From a bacterium (GTDB lineage Bacteria; UBA8248; JACPRG01; G963555815), in NCBI GenBank assembly GCA_965218795.1, contig OZ244653.1, positions 3,598,234 through 3,662,233 on the forward strand: DNA of 64,000 bases, in the 5' to 3' direction. Position numbers and translations under genes: made by a program. A model generated the notes under the pieces. That model saw only the letters and a list, made by a program, of their open reading frames with translations. It did no database searches and had not been told where the DNA came from. How positions within the stretch are numbered: position 1 is the stretch's first letter; every line of letters starts with the position of its first letter. Positions 62,627 to 64,000 of the stretch are shown here, piece by piece.

Positions 62627-64000
62627 ATGGCAAAGATTCTCATTGGAACCGGTACGGTCATCACGATGGATGCCAAGCGGCGAATCATCAAGAACGGGGC
62701 CGTTCTCGTCGAGAATGATCGAATCGCCTGGGTGGGGAAGGCTTCAAGGATCAAACCGGAAGCGGCCGGCGGGGCCAGGAAGATCAACGCCGACGGAAAG
62801 ATCATCATGCCCGGGCTGATCGATGCCCACGTCCACAACGTTCAGTCCCTCGCCCGGGGTCTCGGCGACGACATCGATCTCATCGATTGGATCCACGAGC
62901 GGATCTATCCCTACGAAGCGGCCATGACGCCCCAGGATACCTACTGGAGCGCCATGTTGGCCTGCGTGGAAATGGTGCGCACGGGAACCACCTGCGTGGC
63001 CGACCCGGGCAGTTATTTGATGGACGACGTCGCGCGCGCCTGGGTGGATTTCGGAATGCGGGGGATGCTGTGCTGGGCCGGAGCCGATCAGTGGAGCCGG
63101 GACCGGCGGCTGGAGAAGGGGTTTCGCGGCAGGCTGAACACCGACGAGACCATGGAAGCGGAAGAAGTCCTCATCGAGCGCTGGCACGGAAAGGCCAAAG
63201 GGCGCATCCGCGCCTCGGCGGGCGTCCGCGTGGAGCCGAACTGTTCCCCCGAACTGCTGAAGCGCTGCGACGCCCTCGCGAAACAGAAAGACCTCATCGT
63301 GCAATTTCACGCCTGTGTGAATTGGGATCAGGTGAACTGGGTGAAGCGGCGATGGGGGAAACCGACCATCGAGTGGATGGACTCCCTTGGCGTACTCAGC
63401 GACCGCTGGCTGTTGACCCACATGTCGGCTGTCACCGATCGCGACGTGGACCTGGTGAAAAGGCGCAGCGTCAGCGTCTGCCACAATCTGGGCGCCACGC
63501 TCCACGGGGCCTACGGGGCCGTCTCCGGGGGAAAGTTTCCCGAGATGATCGAGGGGGGCGTCACCGTCGTCCTGGGGTGCGACAGCACCGCGGCCAGCAA
63601 CAGCCTCGACATGTTCCGGGCCATGCATCAGGTGGCCACCTGCCACAAAGAGGCCCGGATGATCCCGGACCTCATCCTTCCCGAGAAGGCCCTGGAGATG
63701 ACGACCGTGGATGCCGCCAAGGCTCTGAGGTGGGAGGAGATCGGCTCGCTTGAGAAGGGCAGGAAGGCGGACCTGATCGTGGTGGACGGGACCAAGACGA
63801 ACTGGACGCCGAGTTACGATTTCGCCCTTGTGCCGAACCTGGTCTACTCCGGGGAAGGACGGGACGTGGAGACCGTTCTGATCGACGGGAAGGTGGTCTA
63901 CAAGGACCGGAAGTTCACCACGGTGAACGAAGCGGAGGTCAACCGGGAGGCGCAAAAAGCCGGCGAGCGCATATTGCGGCGCCTTCCCTACAGGCTCAAG
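62627..64000 (+). CDS. Amidohydrolase-superfamily protein (chlorohydrolase/aminohydrolase, TrzA/AtzA/MtaD-like); 3' end beyond the window
   Basis: My own translation gives MAKILIGTGTVITMDAKRRIIKNGAVLVENDRIAWVGK...IIMPGLIDAHVHNVQSLARG...HMSAVTDRDVDLV...VVLGCDSTAASNSLDMF...GSLEKGRKADLIVVD. It has the HxH metal motif and later His/Asp ligands. It is open to the window end, so it is absent from the ORF track. Confidence 0.85.
   Translation, partial: MAKILIGTGTVITMDAKRRIIKNGAVLVENDRIAWVGKASRIKPEAAGGARKINADGKIIMPGLIDAHVHNVQSLARGLGDDIDLIDWIHERIYPYEAAMTPQDTYWSAMLACVEMVRTGTTCVADPGSYLMDDVARAWVDFGMRGMLCWAGADQWSRDRRLEKGFRGRLNTDETMEAEEVLIERWHGKAKGRIRASAGVRVEPNCSPELLKRCDALAKQKDLIVQFHACVNWDQVNWVKRRWGKPTIEWMDSLGVLSDRWLLTHMSAVTDRDVDLVKRRSVSVCHNLGATLHGAYGAVSGGKFPEMIEGGVTVVLGCDSTAASNSLDMFRAMHQVATCHKEARMIPDLILPEKALEMTTVDAAKALRWEEIGSLEKGRKADLIVVDGTKTNWTPSYDFALVPNLVYSGEGRDVETVLIDGKVVYKDRKFTTVNEAEVNREAQKAGERILRRLPYRLK

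Overview
High-GC (about 60% or more by eye) bacterial chromosomal segment. Almost every gene from 1.7 kb to 47.6 kb lies on the + strand. I found no rRNA, tRNA or CRISPR array. All identifications rest on reading the ORF-track proteins for conserved motifs and inspecting the DNA by eye; no database search was possible.

Core content, in order:
- moaA (partial), preceded by a promoter, a Moco-riboswitch-like leader and a terminator
- folD, then xseA-xseB-ispA-dxs-tlyA
- DUF697-like and DUF445 membrane proteins
- an addB/addA-type nuclease-helicase pair
- rlmN, coaD, an aspartate-type aminotransferase, a geranylgeranyl-reductase-family flavoprotein, a Trm112-like/SAM methyltransferase, ilvE
- an unusual UDP-GlcNAc-type cluster: archaeal-style NTP-transferase/LbH, glmS, an oversized phosphohexomutase and a second LbH protein
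- pcrA, gatC
- a NitT/TauT-type ABC importer
- a CIRCE-fronted htrA-orf-diadenylate cyclase-groEL block
- a GldA/F/G-like ABC-2 system plus a DUF4340 protein
- a cupredoxin, ilvD, alaS
- a low-GC island: transposase stub, REP array, EcsC-family gene, truncated ORF and DNA methyltransferase
- a soluble SdhAB-like flavoprotein pair next to an isochorismatase-family hydrolase and an amidohydrolase (runs off the window)

Most notable observations:
1. A near-consensus CIRCE operator precedes an apparent operon that places a soluble c-di-AMP cyclase between HtrA and a GroES-less GroEL with a His-rich tail.
2. There are two decayed restriction-modification or defence-like loci. One is a Mod-like N-terminal stub with an intact ORF carrying an RNx4H signature. 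The other is a methyltransferase, a 35-codon stub and a low-GC EcsC gene.
3. At least three dispersed intergenic repeat families are present, and one array is associated with a shattered UbiA-family pseudogene.
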